Shown: positions 48,720 to 60,252, numbered from the stretch's first letter. The stretch is DNA of 64,000 bases from Klebsiella grimontii (GCF_900200035.1 NZ_FZTC01000009.1:1-64000), one strand, 5' to 3'. Notes: generated from the sequence alone by a model not told the origin. Made by a program: numbers and translations.

Positions 48720-50036
48720 ATGCTTTTTAACGCCGCCGACAAAGCCCTGTGGCGCTTAGCGCTGCCCATGATCTTCTCCAATATCACCGTTCCGCTGCTG
48801 GGGCTGGTGGATACCGCCGTTATTGGTCATCTCGACAGCCCGATTTATCTGGGCGGCGTGGCGGTTGGCGCAACGGCGACCAGCTTCCTCTTTATGCTGC
48901 TCCTTTTTCTGCGTATGAGCACCACCGGGCTGACGGCGCAGGCGTTTGGCGCCAGGGATCCGCAGCGGCTGGCGCGCGCGCTGGTGCAGCCGCTGGGCCT
49001 GGCGCTGGCCGCCGGGCTGGCGATTGTGCTTTTCAGGATCCCGTTGATAAACCTGGCGCTGCATATTGTCGGCGGTAGCGAAGCGGTGCTTGAACAGGCC
49101 CGACGCTTCCTTGAGATTCGCTGGCTAAGCGCGCCGGCCTCGCTGGCGAATCTGGTTCTGCTGGGTTGGCTGCTGGGCGTACAGTACGCCAGAGCGCCGG
49201 TGATTCTGCTGGTGGTCGGCAACGTCCTCAACATTGTGCTCGATTTATGGCTGGTGATGGGCCTGCATATGAACGTGCAGGGGGCGGCGCTGGCGACGGT
49301 CATGGCAGAATACGCCACTTTCTTTATCGGACTGCTTATGGCGCGGCGCGTACTGGCGCTGCGCGGCGTATCCCTGTCGATGCTGAAAAACGCCTGGCGC
49401 GGCGATATACGCCGTCTGCTGGCGCTGAATCGCGACATCATGCTGCGCTCGCTGCTGCTACAGCTCTGCTTCGGGGCGGTGACGGTATTTGGCGCCCGCC
49501 TCGGCGCCGATATCGTCGCGGTCAATGCGGTCCTCATGACGATGCTGACCTTTACCGCCTATGCGCTGGACGGCTTTGCCTATGCCGTTGAGGCACACTC
49601 CGGGCAGGCCTACGGCGCGCGTGACGACAGCCAACTGCTTGCGGTCTGGCATGCGGCCTGCCGCCAGTCAGGGTTGGTGGCGCTGGCGTTTGCGCTGATT
49701 TACGGCCTTGCCGGTGAACAAATTATCGCGTTGCTGACCTCGCTGCCTTCGCTACAGCAGTTGGCCGATCGCTATCTGGTCTGGCAGATGATCCTGCCGG
49801 TCATCGGCGTTTGGTGTTACCTGCTGGACGGTATGTTTATCGGCGCGACGCGCGGCGCGGAGATGCGCAACAGCATGGCGGTCGCGGCGGCAGGGTTTGC
49901 CCTGACGCTGTTAACCGTACCGGCGCTCGGTAACCACGGGCTGTGGCTGGCGCTGGCGGTATTTCTCGCCCTGCGCGGCGCTTCCCTGGCGGTTATCTGG
50001 CGGCGGCACTGGCAGCGTGGAACCTGGTTTTCATAG
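48720..50036 (+). CDS. dinF: MATE-family efflux protein DinF
   Basis: 438-aa 12-TM MATE protein immediately downstream of lexA. Confidence 0.9.
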   Translation: MLFNAADKALWRLALPMIFSNITVPLLGLVDTAVIGHLDSPIYLGGVAVGATATSFLFMLLLFLRMSTTGLTAQAFGARDPQRLARALVQPLGLALAAGLAIVLFRIPLINLALHIVGGSEAVLEQARRFLEIRWLSAPASLANLVLLGWLLGVQYARAPVILLVVGNVLNIVLDLWLVMGLHMNVQGAALATVMAEYATFFIGLLMARRVLALRGVSLSMLKNAWRGDIRRLLALNRDIMLRSLLLQLCFGAVTVFGARLGADIVAVNAVLMTMLTFTAYALDGFAYAVEAHSGQAYGARDDSQLLAVWHAACRQSGLVALAFALIYGLAGEQIIALLTSLPSLQQLADRYLVWQMILPVIGVWCYLLDGMFIGATRGAEMRNSMAVAAAGFALTLLTVPALGNHGLWLALAVFLALRGASLAVIWRRHWQRGTWFS

Positions 50037-50172
50037 TGCATTTAGTTCATCTGATGGTTAAAGATTCCGAATAATAAATCTTACTCAGAATACTCATCTA
50101 TAGTTAAGTCATGTCCGGTACACAGCGGGCTGTTCATTCACCGAACGATAACCGAACGATGAGGAATGCATG

Positions 50173-50382
50173 ATGAATAAAGACGAAATCGGCGGTAACT
50201 GGAAACAGTTCAAAGGTAAAGCGAAAGAAAAATGGGGCAAGCTGACCGACGATGACATGACCGTCATTGAAGGCAAACGCGACCAGCTGGTGGGCAGAAT
50301 TCAGGAACGTTACGGTTACGCCAAAGACCAGGCAGAGAAAGAAGTGACCGACTGGGAAACCAAAAACGACTATCGCTGGTAG
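50173..50382 (+). CDS. yjbJ: CsbD-family general stress protein YjbJ
   Basis: 69 aa MNKDEIGGNWKQFKGKAKEKWGKLTDDDMT… near-identical to E. coli YjbJ. Confidence 0.9.
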   Translation: MNKDEIGGNWKQFKGKAKEKWGKLTDDDMTVIEGKRDQLVGRIQERYGYAKDQAEKEVTDWETKNDYRW

Positions 50383-50472
50383 CGAAAACGCCGTGTTTTA
50401 ACCCACTGTTATTGCTTGCACGATCGGTACATGGAGGTGCCGATACCCTTGTTTCCCGCTGCGGCTAACGCC

Positions 50473-50988
50473 TCAGCGGGCTTTCTTTTTGATCTGGATG
50501 GTATGGTCGTGGTGGCAGTGGCCCGGCGTACTGCAGGCTTCCACTTCAACGCAGGCGGCGCACAGGCCGTGAGCCTCAATGACGTTGTGGCGTAGAGCGA
50601 ACCCCATTCTTGCCGCCAGCGTATGCATAATATCTTCGACGCCTTCCGCACACTCTTCCTTGACGCCGCCGCAGCGGTCGCAGATAAACATCGCCGAGCT
50701 GTGGGTTGGCTGATCGAAAAGGTGACACAGCACGTAGCTATTGGTGGATTCCACCTTATGTACGAACCCTTGCTCCAGTAAAAACTCCAGCGCCCGGTAT
50801 ACCGTCGGCGGTTTCGCCTGAGGTTCTTTTTCACGAAGGAGATCGAGCAGGTCATAGGCGCTGATTGCCCCTTGCTGCAGGCTCATCAAACGCAATACTT
50901 CGAGGCGCTGCGGGGTCAGGCGCACGCCACGCTGCGCGCACAGCTTTTCAGCATGCGCTAACATTTGTTGCGAAGTGGTCTTATCCAT
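50473..50988 (-). CDS. zur: zinc uptake regulator Zur (Fur family)
   Basis: 171 aa from MDKTTSQQMLAHAEKLCAQRGVRLTPQRLEVLRLM…; track ORF is spuriously extended upstream to 338 aa. Confidence 0.9.
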   Translation of the reverse strand: MDKTTSQQMLAHAEKLCAQRGVRLTPQRLEVLRLMSLQQGAISAYDLLDLLREKEPQAKPPTVYRALEFLLEQGFVHKVESTNSYVLCHLFDQPTHSSAMFICDRCGGVKEECAEGVEDIMHTLAARMGFALRHNVIEAHGLCAACVEVEACSTPGHCHHDHTIQIKKKAR

Positions 50989-51180
50989 GAGCGTCCTCTG
51001 GTCGCGTGAATCTGAAACTGTTACTTTATCACGATACCGGTAAAACGCCGAGACCCGGCGGGATATAGCCGTCACACTTCGTGTGACATGTGCGTTGGTC
51101 GCCCCGGTCATACGCTTCTGGGGCGCGCTATCTTGCCGCCTTATGCTATACCTGAAGCATCTCATTTTCGGGAGAAAACG

Positions 51181-51669
51181 ATGAAACGACCTGATTGCAT
51201 ACGACACTGGCGTGAACTGGAAGGTGCGGATGATTCCACCTATCCCGACAGTACTGAGCTTTTCTCCATCGGCGCGCCGCTGGCGCGCGGCCTGCGGCTG
51301 AATCGTCTGGGGATCCACCATGAACGTCTGCCGCCCGGGCGTCGTACCTCTTACCCGCATGCGGAAAGCGATGAAGAAGAGTTCATCTACGTGCTGGACG
51401 GCTATCCTGAGGTGTGGATTAACGGCTACCTCTGGAAGCTGGAGCCGGGGGATAGCGTCGGTTTTCCTGCCGGAACCGGCATTTGCCACACCTTCCTCAA
51501 TAACACCGAGCAGGAGGTGCGCCTGTTAGTCGTTGGTGAGGCAAATAAGAAATTCAATCGCATCTACTACCCGCTGAACCCCGGCTATGCCGCCACGCGT
51601 CAGGATCGCTGGGTTGACCATCCGCCGCAGTTTTTTGGCCCTCACGACGGGAAGCCGCGGAAAATATAG
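51181..51669 (+). CDS. cupin-domain protein, function unknown
   Basis: 162 aa from MKRPDCIRHW…; cupin-like G-x5-HxH…E / G…P…G…N pattern (HHERLPPGRRTSYPHAESDEEEFIYVLDG…); track ORF starts further upstream. Confidence 0.55.
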   Translation: MKRPDCIRHWRELEGADDSTYPDSTELFSIGAPLARGLRLNRLGIHHERLPPGRRTSYPHAESDEEEFIYVLDGYPEVWINGYLWKLEPGDSVGFPAGTGICHTFLNNTEQEVRLLVVGEANKKFNRIYYPLNPGYAATRQDRWVDHPPQFFGPHDGKPRKI

Positions 51670-51725
51670 CGTTTATGGCGGGATAAAAAAGGTGAGCGCT
51701 GACGCTATGCGTCAGTGGTTTATCT

Positions 51726-52772
51726 TTGTGCTATAGTAGCGCCCCTTTTTACCCGGATGCTTATTTATTCGCCATGATGTCAGAATCAACGCCTACTGCT
51801 TTCGCCGCTCACCGTTTTTCCATCGCGCCGATGCTCGACTGGACCGACAGACACTGCCGTTATTTTCTGCGTCAGCTGTCGCGCCATACGCTGCTGTATA
51901 CCGAAATGGTGACCACCGGTGCGATTATTCACGGCAAGGGCGACTATCTGGCCTACAGCGAAGAAGAGCATCCGGTCGCCCTGCAGCTCGGCGGCAGCGA
52001 TCCGGCTGCGCTGGCGCACTGCGCGAAGCTGGCGCAGGCGCGCGGCTATGATGAAATTAACCTGAACGTCGGCTGCCCGTCCGATCGCGTGCAGAACGGT
52101 ATGTTTGGCGCCTGCCTGATGGGGAACGCGCAGCTGGTTGCCGACTGCATTAAAGCGATGCGCGACGTCGTATCGATCCCGGTCACGGTGAAAACCCGTA
52201 TTGGCATTGATGACCAGGACAGCTACGCGTTTCTGTGTGATTTTATCGAAACGGTATCCGGGAAAGGCGAATGCGAGATGTTTATCATCCACGCGCGCAA
52301 AGCCTGGCTTTCAGGTCTGAGCCCCAAGGAAAACCGCGAGATCCCGCCGCTGGATTATCCGCGCGTCTACCAGCTTAAACGTGATTTCCCGCATCTGACC
52401 ATGGCGATTAACGGCGGCATTAAGTCGCTGGAAGAGGCAAAGCTGCATCTTGAGCATATGGACGGCGTGATGGTCGGTCGTGAGGCTTATCAGAATCCGG
52501 GCATTCTGGCCGCGGTGGATCGGGAAATTTTCGGCGTGGACGGCGTTGATGCCGATCCGGTCTCCGTGGTCCGGGCGATGTATCCCTACATCGAGCGCGA
52601 GCTTAGCAACGGGACTTATCTGGGACATGTGACACGCCATATGCTGGGGCTGTTTCAGGGGATCCCCGGCGCGCGCCAGTGGCGTCGCTATCTGAGCGAA
52701 AATGCGCATAAAGCCGGGGCGGATATCAACGTGCTGGAACAGGCGCTGAAGCTGGTTGCCGATAAGCGTTAG
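51726..52772 (+). CDS. dusA: tRNA-dihydrouridine(20/20a) synthase
   Basis: Matches DusA (…[19 protein letters not shown]…); true start probably the internal MMSEST Met near 51774. Confidence 0.9.
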   Translation: MCYSSAPFYPDAYLFAMMSESTPTAFAAHRFSIAPMLDWTDRHCRYFLRQLSRHTLLYTEMVTTGAIIHGKGDYLAYSEEEHPVALQLGGSDPAALAHCAKLAQARGYDEINLNVGCPSDRVQNGMFGACLMGNAQLVADCIKAMRDVVSIPVTVKTRIGIDDQDSYAFLCDFIETVSGKGECEMFIIHARKAWLSGLSPKENREIPPLDYPRVYQLKRDFPHLTMAINGGIKSLEEAKLHLEHMDGVMVGREAYQNPGILAAVDREIFGVDGVDADPVSVVRAMYPYIERELSNGTYLGHVTRHMLGLFQGIPGARQWRRYLSENAHKAGADINVLEQALKLVADKR

Positions 52773-52855
52773 TTTTTCGCTAAAACCTGGTCAAATTCAC
52801 CACGCCCTGCACGTATCGTGTTGGGCGTTTTTGTTTTTATTCAATAAGTTATATT

Positions 52856-52871
52856 TGGCACGATTTTTGTA
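52856..52871 (+). promoter_or_regulatory. sigma-54 promoter of pspG
   Basis: TGGCACgatttTTGTA about 40 nt upstream of pspG start; pspG is a known PspF/sigma-54-dependent gene and pspA uses a similar TTGTA -12 block (recalled). Confidence 0.55.
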
Positions 52872-52912
52872 ATATCCGGCAAGGTAGATAAAATTTCTTT
52901 AGGGGAAAGACG

Positions 52913-53155
52913 ATGCTGGAACTCTTATTTGTAATTGGCTTTTTTGTCATGCTGTTGGTCACCGGCGTGTCGCTGCTGGGCATTATTGCCGCGATTGTGG
53001 TCGCGACCGCGCTGATGTTCGTCGGCGGTCTGTTTGCGTTAATGATTAAACTGCTGCCGTGGCTGCTGCTGGCCATTGTCGTGGTTTGGGTGATTCGGGC
53101 GATAAAATCGCCAGCCGCGAACCGCTATCGCGGTAATAACCGCTGGCGTTACTAA
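52913..53155 (+). CDS. pspG: phage shock protein G
   Basis: 80 aa, MLELLFVIGFFVMLLVTGVSLLGIIAA… near-identical to E. coli PspG. Confidence 0.9.
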   Translation: MLELLFVIGFFVMLLVTGVSLLGIIAAIVVATALMFVGGLFALMIKLLPWLLLAIVVVWVIRAIKSPAANRYRGNNRWRY

Positions 53156-53292
53156 GGTATTGAGCGGTATGTCACAACCTGAAGATTTTTGCATAAAACA
53201 GCGTAGGCTTTGCTTATTAAATCTGTCACTATTAGCGCGTTAACGAATTCATCGCGCTGTACCCTACATACAGCCGAACAAAAAAAAGTAAG

Positions 53293-53313
53293 GGCTTCCC
53301 ATGTGGAAGCCCT
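53293..53313. terminator. bidirectional terminator between pspG and qor
   Basis: gggcttcccatgtggaagccc hairpin with A8 upstream (T8 for the minus-strand qor transcript) and CTTTT downstream. Confidence 0.7.
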
Positions 53314-53333
53314 AAACTTTTGTGCTCCGGCCA

Positions 53334-54317
53334 TTACGGCAAGAGCAAGCTCGAACCCTGCGTCGCCCGGCTTTCCAGCACCTCATGCGCGCGTCTGGCG
53401 TCGGTTAACGCATATTTTTGACTCTCCGCGACATCCACTTTTATCACGCCGCTGGCGATCAGCGAGAACAGCTCGTTGCTGGCTTCCGTCAGCTCTTCAC
53501 GCGTGGTGATATAGCCCTGCAGAGAAGGGCGGGTGACGTACAGCGAACCCTTTTGATTGAGGATCCCGAGGTTGACGCCGGTCACCGGGCCGGAAGAGTT
53601 GCCGAAGCTTACCATCAGCCCCCGACGCTGCAGGCAGTCAAGTGAGGCTTCCCAGGTATCTTTACCGACGGAATCATACACCACGCGGACTTTCTTACCG
53701 TCGGTGATCTCTTTCAGGCGCTCGACGATATTCTCTTCGCGATAGTTAATGATCTGCCAGGCGCCGGCCTGTTTAGCGCGTTCTGCTTTTTGCGCGCTGC
53801 CGACGGTACCGATCAGTTTAGCCCCCAGCGCTTTTGCCCACTGGCAGGCGATGAGCCCGACGCCGCCGGCCGCCGCATGAAACAGGAACGGCTCGCCCGC
53901 TTTGATTTCGTAGGTTTTACGCAGCAGGTAATAGACCGTGAGCCCTTTCAGGAATGAGGCCGCCGCCTGCTCGAAAGAGATTGCGTCCGGCAAAATAGCG
54001 GCCTTATCGGCGGGGACGTTGTGCACGGCGCTATAGGCCCCCAGCACCGATTGCGCGTAGACCACCCGATCGCCGGCTTTAATATGCTTCACGCCGCTGC
54101 CAACTTTGCTCACCACGCCAGCGGCTTCGGTGCCCAGACCGCTCGGCAATGATGGCGGCGGGTAGAGGCCGCTGCGGATATAGGTATCAATGTAGTTGAT
54201 GCCGATGGCCTTATTCTCTACCTGAATTTCGTGCTCTGCGGGATCTTTCGGCGTGAACTCTACCGCTTGCAGAACTTCAGGCCCTCCGTGCTGGTGAAAT
54301 TCAATTCGTGTTGCCAT
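53334..54317 (-). CDS. qor: NADPH:quinone oxidoreductase
   Basis: 327 aa from MATRIEFHQHGGPEVLQAVEF…; track ORF extended 29 codons upstream. Confidence 0.92.
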   Translation of the reverse strand: MATRIEFHQHGGPEVLQAVEFTPKDPAEHEIQVENKAIGINYIDTYIRSGLYPPPSLPSGLGTEAAGVVSKVGSGVKHIKAGDRVVYAQSVLGAYSAVHNVPADKAAILPDAISFEQAAASFLKGLTVYYLLRKTYEIKAGEPFLFHAAAGGVGLIACQWAKALGAKLIGTVGSAQKAERAKQAGAWQIINYREENIVERLKEITDGKKVRVVYDSVGKDTWEASLDCLQRRGLMVSFGNSSGPVTGVNLGILNQKGSLYVTRPSLQGYITTREELTEASNELFSLIASGVIKVDVAESQKYALTDARRAHEVLESRATQGSSLLLP

Positions 54318-54378
54318 GCTTCCCCCATAAATGTGGTAATCTTTCGACCCATTCACTATCTCGGTAACTCCATTCACT

Positions 54379-55794
54379 ATGGCAGGAAATAAACCCTTCA
54401 ACAAACCACAGACTGAACCCCGCGTGCGAGACTATCCGCTCGATGGGTTGAAGGTCCCGCCGCACTCGATTGAAGCGGAACAGTCGGTGTTGGGCGGTTT
54501 AATGCTGGATAACGAACGCTGGGACGACGTTGCCGAGCGCGTTGTTTCGGAAGATTTTTATACCCGTCCGCATCGCCATATTTTCACCGAAATGGCGCGT
54601 CTGCAGGAGTCTGGCAGCCCGATTGACCTGATTACGCTCGCGGAATCGCTGGAGCGTCAGGGTCAGCTGGACAGCGTCGGCGGCTTCGCCTATCTGGCCG
54701 AACTATCGAAAAATACGCCAAGCGCGGCGAATATCAGCGCCTATGCCGATATCGTTCGTGAACGCGCGGTCGTACGCGAAATGATCTCCGTGGCGAATGA
54801 AATCGCCGAAGCCGGTTTCGACCCCCAGGGCCGCACCAGCGAAGATCTGCTCGACCTCGCCGAATCCCGGGTGTTTAAAATTGCCGAAAGCCGCGCGAAT
54901 AAAGACGAAGGGCCGAAGAATATCGCCGAGGTGCTGGACGCCACCGTGGCGCGTATTGAGCAGCTGTTCCAGCAGCCGCATGACGGCGTCACCGGGGTGA
55001 ATACCGGCTATGACGATCTCAATAAAAAGACCGCCGGTCTTCAGCCGTCAGACCTGATTATCGTCGCTGCGCGTCCGTCGATGGGTAAAACGACCTTTGC
55101 GATGAACCTCGTGGAAAACGCGGCGATGCTGCAGGATAAGCCGGTACTCATCTTCAGTCTCGAGATGCCCTCGGAGCAGATTATGATGCGTTCTCTGGCC
55201 TCGCTGTCGCGCGTTGACCAGACCCGCATTCGTACCGGCCAGCTGGATGACGAAGACTGGGCGCGTATTTCCGGCACCATGGGGATCCTCCTGGAAAAGC
55301 GCAATATTTATATCGATGACTCCTCCGGCCTGACGCCGACGGAAGTGCGCTCCCGTGCGCGGCGTATTGCCCGCGAGCACGGGGGGATCGGGCTTATCAT
55401 GATCGACTACTTGCAGCTGATGCGCGTGCCGTCGCTCTCCGATAACCGTACGCTGGAAATCGCCGAAATTTCGCGCTCGCTCAAGGCGCTGGCGAAGGAG
55501 CTGCAGGTGCCGGTGGTGGCGCTGTCGCAGCTTAACCGCTCGCTGGAACAGCGTGCGGATAAGCGTCCGGTGAACTCCGACCTGCGTGAATCCGGCTCCA
55601 TTGAGCAGGACGCCGACTTAATCATGTTTATCTACCGTGACGAGGTTTATCACGAGAACAGTGATTTAAAAGGCATCGCCGAAATTATTATTGGTAAACA
55701 GCGTAACGGCCCTATCGGGACGGTGCGCCTGACGTTTAACGGTCAGTGGTCGCGTTTTGATAATTATGCTGGGCCACAATACGACGACGAATAA
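54379..55794 (+). CDS. dnaB: replicative DNA helicase
   Basis: 471 aa, MAGNKPFNK… and Walker A ARPSMGKT; near-identical to E. coli DnaB. Confidence 0.97.
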   Translation: MAGNKPFNKPQTEPRVRDYPLDGLKVPPHSIEAEQSVLGGLMLDNERWDDVAERVVSEDFYTRPHRHIFTEMARLQESGSPIDLITLAESLERQGQLDSVGGFAYLAELSKNTPSAANISAYADIVRERAVVREMISVANEIAEAGFDPQGRTSEDLLDLAESRVFKIAESRANKDEGPKNIAEVLDATVARIEQLFQQPHDGVTGVNTGYDDLNKKTAGLQPSDLIIVAARPSMGKTTFAMNLVENAAMLQDKPVLIFSLEMPSEQIMMRSLASLSRVDQTRIRTGQLDDEDWARISGTMGILLEKRNIYIDDSSGLTPTEVRSRARRIAREHGGIGLIMIDYLQLMRVPSLSDNRTLEIAEISRSLKALAKELQVPVVALSQLNRSLEQRADKRPVNSDLRESGSIEQDADLIMFIYRDEVYHENSDLKGIAEIIIGKQRNGPIGTVRLTFNGQWSRFDNYAGPQYDDE

Positions 55795-55939
55795 ATCTCC
55801 GTCATCCTTCATGCCGCAGATGCGTTGACTACGCCTGTTCACCCCGGTCACTTAGTTTACTAAGCTCCCGGGGATTCTCAGGCTTGTCGCCTTCCTGCAA
55901 CGCGAAGGATTCAGGAGATTCTTTTATTAAGGAATTCAA

Positions 55940-57019
55940 ATGCAAGCGGCAACTGTAGTCATTAACCGCCGCGCTCTGCGACACAACCTGCAACGTCTGC
56001 GTGAACTGGCGCCCGCCAGCAAACTGGTTGCGGTGGTGAAAGCGAACGCCTACGGACACGGTCTTCTTGAGACCGCGCGAACGCTCCCTGACGCCGATGC
56101 TTTTGGCGTCGCCCGTCTTGAAGAAGCCCTACGCCTGCGCGCGGGCGGTATCGCCCAGCCGATTCTCCTGCTGGAGGGGTTCTTTGAGGCCGCCGACCTG
56201 CCGGTGATTTCCACCCAGCGCCTGCACACGGCGGTACACAGCCCGGAACAGCTGGCGGCGCTGGAGGAGGCAGATTTACCCGAGCCGGTCACCGTATGGA
56301 TGAAGCTGGATACCGGGATGCATCGATTAGGCGTTCTGCCCGAACAGGCCGAAGCGTTTTATCAGCGTCTCAGCCAGTGTAAAAACGTCCGCCAGCCGGT
56401 CAACGTGGTCAGCCATTTTGCCCGTGCGGATGAGCCCGAGTGCGGCGCGACCGAACGTCAGCTGGATATCTTTACCACCTTCACGGAAGGGAAACCGGGG
56501 CTGCGCTCTATCGCCGCATCCGGCGGTATATTGCTGTGGCCGCAGTCGCATTTCGACTGGGCGCGTCCGGGGATCATTCTCTACGGCGTGTCGCCGCTCG
56601 ACGGTGGCTCTACCGGCGCGGACTTTGGCTGCCAGCCGGTGATGTCTCTGACCTCGAGCCTGATCGCGGTGCGCGAGCATAAAGCCGGGGAGCCGGTGGG
56701 CTACGGCGGAACCTGGATCAGCGAGCGTGATACGCGTTTAGGGGTGGTGGCGATGGGCTACGGCGATGGTTATCCGCGCGCCGCGCCGTCCGGAACTCCG
56801 GTGCTGGTCAATGGCCGCGAAGTGCCGATTGTCGGACGCGTGGCGATGGATATGATTTGCGTCGATCTCGGGCCCGAAGCGCAGGATAAATCGGGCGACC
56901 CGGTCGTGCTGTGGGGCGAAGGCCTGCCCGTCGAGCGTATTGCCGCAATCACAAAAGTAAGTGCTTACGAACTTATTACCCGCCTGACTTCGCGGGTATC
57001 AATGAAGTACGTGGATTGA
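55940..57019 (+). CDS. alr: alanine racemase (biosynthetic)
   Basis: 359 aa, PLP-lysine motif [10 protein letters not shown]. Confidence 0.95.
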   Translation: MQAATVVINRRALRHNLQRLRELAPASKLVAVVKANAYGHGLLETARTLPDADAFGVARLEEALRLRAGGIAQPILLLEGFFEAADLPVISTQRLHTAVHSPEQLAALEEADLPEPVTVWMKLDTGMHRLGVLPEQAEAFYQRLSQCKNVRQPVNVVSHFARADEPECGATERQLDIFTTFTEGKPGLRSIAASGGILLWPQSHFDWARPGIILYGVSPLDGGSTGADFGCQPVMSLTSSLIAVREHKAGEPVGYGGTWISERDTRLGVVAMGYGDGYPRAAPSGTPVLVNGREVPIVGRVAMDMICVDLGPEAQDKSGDPVVLWGEGLPVERIAAITKVSAYELITRLTSRVSMKYVD

Positions 57020-57233
57020 TTTCAGCCAGCGCTCTTTCTCCCGGTGACGGCTGACGCCTTACCGGGGCTACGGGTTCGCTACCGGCTGCGGGCCGGTAGC
57101 CAGGATAAGGCGTTTTAAGCCGCCATCCGGGATGGGCGATCAAACCCAGCCATACGCCAACATCCTCTCGACCTTCTTTCACATCCGGTTTATTGTGTTA
57201 TGACGAGCCCATGTAAACCTGGAGAAACATCCC

Positions 57234-58427
57234 GTGTTTCAGAAAGTTGACGCCTACGCTGGCGACCCCATTCTCTCCCTGATGGAGCGTTTCAAAGACG
57301 ATCCGCGTAGTGACAAAGTAAATCTCAGCATCGGTCTTTATTACAACGAGGACGGGATTATTCCGCAGCTGCAGTCGGTTGCCGCAGCGGAGGCGCGCCT
57401 CAATGCCCAGCCGCACGGCGCCTCGGTCTATTTACCGATGGAAGGGCTGAACACCTATCGTCACGCTATCGCGCCGCTGCTGTTCGGCGCCGATCATCAG
57501 GTGCTGGCGCAAAATCGCGTGGCCTCCATTCAAACGCTGGGCGGTTCCGGCGCCCTGAAGGTGGGCGCTGATTTCCTGAAACGCTACTTCCCGGGCTCGC
57601 GCGTATGGGTGAGCGACCCGACGTGGGAAAACCACATCGCTATATTTGAAGGGGCAGGATTCGAAGTAAGTACTTACCCTTGGTTTGATGAGAAGACCAA
57701 TGGCGTGCGTTTCGCGGCGTTCCTGGAAAAACTCAATTCGCTAGCGGAGCGCGATATCGTGCTGCTGCATCCGTGCTGCCATAACCCAACGGGAGCCGAT
57801 CTCAGCAACGCCCAGTGGGATCAGGTGGTTGAGGTACTGAAAGCGCGTAATTTGATTCCTTTCCTCGATATCGCCTATCAGGGCTTTGGCGCCGGAATGG
57901 AAGAGGATGCTTACGCTATTCGCGCCATTGCGAACGCCGGTATGCCAATGCTGGTCAGCAACTCGTTCTCAAAAATCTTCTCCCTGTACGGTGAGCGCGT
58001 TGGCGGGCTGTCGATCGTCTGTGAAGACGCTGAAACCGCGATTCGCGTGCTGGGGCAATTAAAAGCGACCGTACGTCGCAACTACTCCAGCCCACCGAAC
58101 TTTGGCGCGCAGGTGGTTGCTGCGGTGCTGAGCGACAGCGAGCTGAAAGCCTCATGGCTGGCGGAAGTGGAAGGGATGCGTACCCGTATTCTGGCCATGC
58201 GTCAGGAGCTGGTTAATGTGCTTAAAGAGACGGTGCCGGGCGGTAATTTTGACTATCTTCTGAAGCAGCGCGGAATGTTTAGCTATACCGGGTTCAGCCC
58301 GGCCCAGGTCGACCGCCTGCGCGATGAGTTTGGCGTCTACCTGATTGCCAGCGGCCGCATGTGCGTCGCGGGGCTGAATTCACGCAACGTACAGCGCGTG
58401 GCGCAGGCCTTTGCCGCGGTAATATAA
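57234..58427 (+). CDS. tyrB: aromatic-amino-acid aminotransferase
   Basis: 397 aa with GTG start ([14 protein letters not shown]…) exactly as E. coli tyrB. Confidence 0.95.
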   Translation: MFQKVDAYAGDPILSLMERFKDDPRSDKVNLSIGLYYNEDGIIPQLQSVAAAEARLNAQPHGASVYLPMEGLNTYRHAIAPLLFGADHQVLAQNRVASIQTLGGSGALKVGADFLKRYFPGSRVWVSDPTWENHIAIFEGAGFEVSTYPWFDEKTNGVRFAAFLEKLNSLAERDIVLLHPCCHNPTGADLSNAQWDQVVEVLKARNLIPFLDIAYQGFGAGMEEDAYAIRAIANAGMPMLVSNSFSKIFSLYGERVGGLSIVCEDAETAIRVLGQLKATVRRNYSSPPNFGAQVVAAVLSDSELKASWLAEVEGMRTRILAMRQELVNVLKETVPGGNFDYLLKQRGMFSYTGFSPAQVDRLRDEFGVYLIASGRMCVAGLNSRNVQRVAQAFAAVI

Positions 58428-58624
58428 ATCCTTACTGACCGCTTTTACCCTCGCCAATATTTTGGTGAGGGTAATTCCCTCCCTGAAGTGTGATCATTCT
58501 CTTTTTATATGACATCTGAGCAGAAAAACCTTCCTATCCGCCTCAGCGGGGGGTAAGGTCTTGGTGCATTAATAAGCGTACACATTATTGAAAACTATAA
58601 CGATTCGATTATTTAGGGAAAAAT

Positions 58625-59338
58625 ATGCGCAAGATCACCCTGGCCTTTGGGGCCATCTGCTTACTGTTCACGCTAAATAGCTCTGTCGTTGCTCGCGCCT
58701 CCACACCGCAGCCGCTGTGGACGGGCACCAATATGGCGAAACTCGCCGAACAGGCGCCAATACATTGGGTTTCCGTGGCTCAGATTGAAAATAGCCTGCT
58801 GGGACGCCAACCGATGGCGGTCGGCTTTGATATTGATGATACCGTCCTGTTCTCCAGTCCGGGCTTCTGGCGCGGGCAGAAAACCTATTCACCCGGCAGC
58901 GATGACTACCTGAAAAATCCGCAGTTCTGGGAAAAAATGAACAACGGCTGGGATGAATTCAGCATGCCGAAAGAGGTGGCGCGCCAGCTGATTGCGATGC
59001 ATGTGAAGCGCGGCGATAGCATCTATTTTGTCACCGGACGCAGCCAGACCAAAACCGAAACGGTATCAAAAACCCTGCAAGACGATTTTCTCATCCCGGC
59101 AGCGAACATGAATCCGGTTATTTTTGCCGGCGATAAGCCTGGTCAGAACACCAAAACGCAGTGGCTGCAGGAGAAGGGCATTAAAGTCTTCTACGGCGAT
59201 TCGGATAACGATATTTCTGCCGCCCGTGAGGTTGGCGCACGCGGGATCCGCGTCCTGCGGGCATCCAACTCTTCCTATAAGCCGCTGCCGATGGCGGGCG
59301 CTCAGGGAGAAGAGGTGATTGTGAATTCAGAATATTAA
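58625..59338 (+). CDS. aphA: class B acid phosphatase
   Basis: 237 aa with signal peptide and DDDD-type HAD motifs ([11 protein letters not shown] … YGDSDNDI). Confidence 0.93.
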   Translation: MRKITLAFGAICLLFTLNSSVVARASTPQPLWTGTNMAKLAEQAPIHWVSVAQIENSLLGRQPMAVGFDIDDTVLFSSPGFWRGQKTYSPGSDDYLKNPQFWEKMNNGWDEFSMPKEVARQLIAMHVKRGDSIYFVTGRSQTKTETVSKTLQDDFLIPAANMNPVIFAGDKPGQNTKTQWLQEKGIKVFYGDSDNDISAAREVGARGIRVLRASNSSYKPLPMAGAQGEEVIVNSEY

Positions 59339-59370
59339 GCTGACGACGGCTTAATTATGAATTGCTAAAA

Positions 59371-59397
59371 CGGCAGCCAGCGAGCTGCCGTTTTTTT
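59371..59397 (+). terminator. rho-independent terminator after aphA
   Basis: cggcagccagcgagctgccg hairpin + TTTTTTT. Confidence 0.8.
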
Positions 59398-59479
59398 GTG
59401 CAAAATAGCGTGCCAAAGGTTTTACCTTTTCGCTTATTGCTGCACACTTAGGAAGGTTCATTAGTAGAAGGAGTCGCCT

Positions 59480-59896
59480 ATGTGGCATCAGCAAACCCTG
59501 ACGTTAGGCCCAAAATCACGGGGCTTCCATCTGGTCACTGATGAAATTCTCGGTCAAATCCGTGAACTGTCGCGGGTGAAAACGGGCCTGCTGCATTTGC
59601 TGCTCCAGCATACATCTGCTTCCCTGACGCTTAATGAAAACTGCGATCCGACCGTCCGTTACGATATGGAGCAGCATTTTCTTACTGCCGTACCGGATAA
59701 CGCGCCGTATGAACACGATTATGAAGGTCCTGATGATATGCCTTCGCACATTAAGTCGTCGATGTTGGGCGTATCGCTGATGCTGCCCGTTCGGGATGGG
59801 CGCGTCAGGCTGGGGACCTGGCAGGGTATCTGGCTCGGGGAGCATCGTATTCATGGCGGATCGCGCCATATCATCGCGACGCTGATGGGGGAATAA
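59480..59896 (+). CDS. yjbQ: UPF0047/YjbQ-family protein
   Basis: 138 aa, conserved YjbQ fold protein at syntenic position. Confidence 0.85.
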   Translation: MWHQQTLTLGPKSRGFHLVTDEILGQIRELSRVKTGLLHLLLQHTSASLTLNENCDPTVRYDMEQHFLTAVPDNAPYEHDYEGPDDMPSHIKSSMLGVSLMLPVRDGRVRLGTWQGIWLGEHRIHGGSRHIIATLMGE

Positions 59897-59898
59897 AA

Positions 59899-60252
59899 AT
59901 GACAATTTCGGATTTATTGCAGTACTGCATGGCTAAGCCGGGCGCGGAACAAAGCGTACATAGCGACTGGAAAGCGACGCAAATCAAAGCGGCTGACGTA
60001 CTGTTTGCGATGATAAAAGAGGTGGAGGACAACCGGCCCGCGGTCTCGTTAAAAACCAGCCCCGAGCTCGCAGAGCTGCTGAGGCAGCAGCATCGCGATG
60101 TGCGCCCCAGCAAACATCTCAATAAAGCCCACTGGAGCACGGTGTTTCTTGATGGCTCCTTGCCTGATTCACAAATTTACTATCTGGTGGATGCGTCATA
60201 TCAGCAGGCGCTTGATTCTCTTACTGAGAACAAGCGTAAGCTGTTGTCATAA
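59899..60252 (+). CDS. yjbR: MmcQ/YjbR-family protein
   Basis: 117 aa at syntenic position after yjbQ. Confidence 0.8.
   Translation: MTISDLLQYCMAKPGAEQSVHSDWKATQIKAADVLFAMIKEVEDNRPAVSLKTSPELAELLRQQHRDVRPSKHLNKAHWSTVFLDGSLPDSQIYYLVDASYQQALDSLTENKRKLLS

Noticed and set aside
50473-51489. 338-aa extended ORF containing zur
   Set aside because: Only the C-terminal 171 aa match Zur. The upstream 167 codons are an open-frame read-through of the divergent promoter region and lack homology.
57181-57233. Possible TyrR box upstream of tyrB (TGTAAAcctggaGAAACA)
   Set aside because: Only one half-site matches the TGTAAA-N6-TTTACA consensus well, with two mismatches in the second half. Too weak to call without a PWM score.
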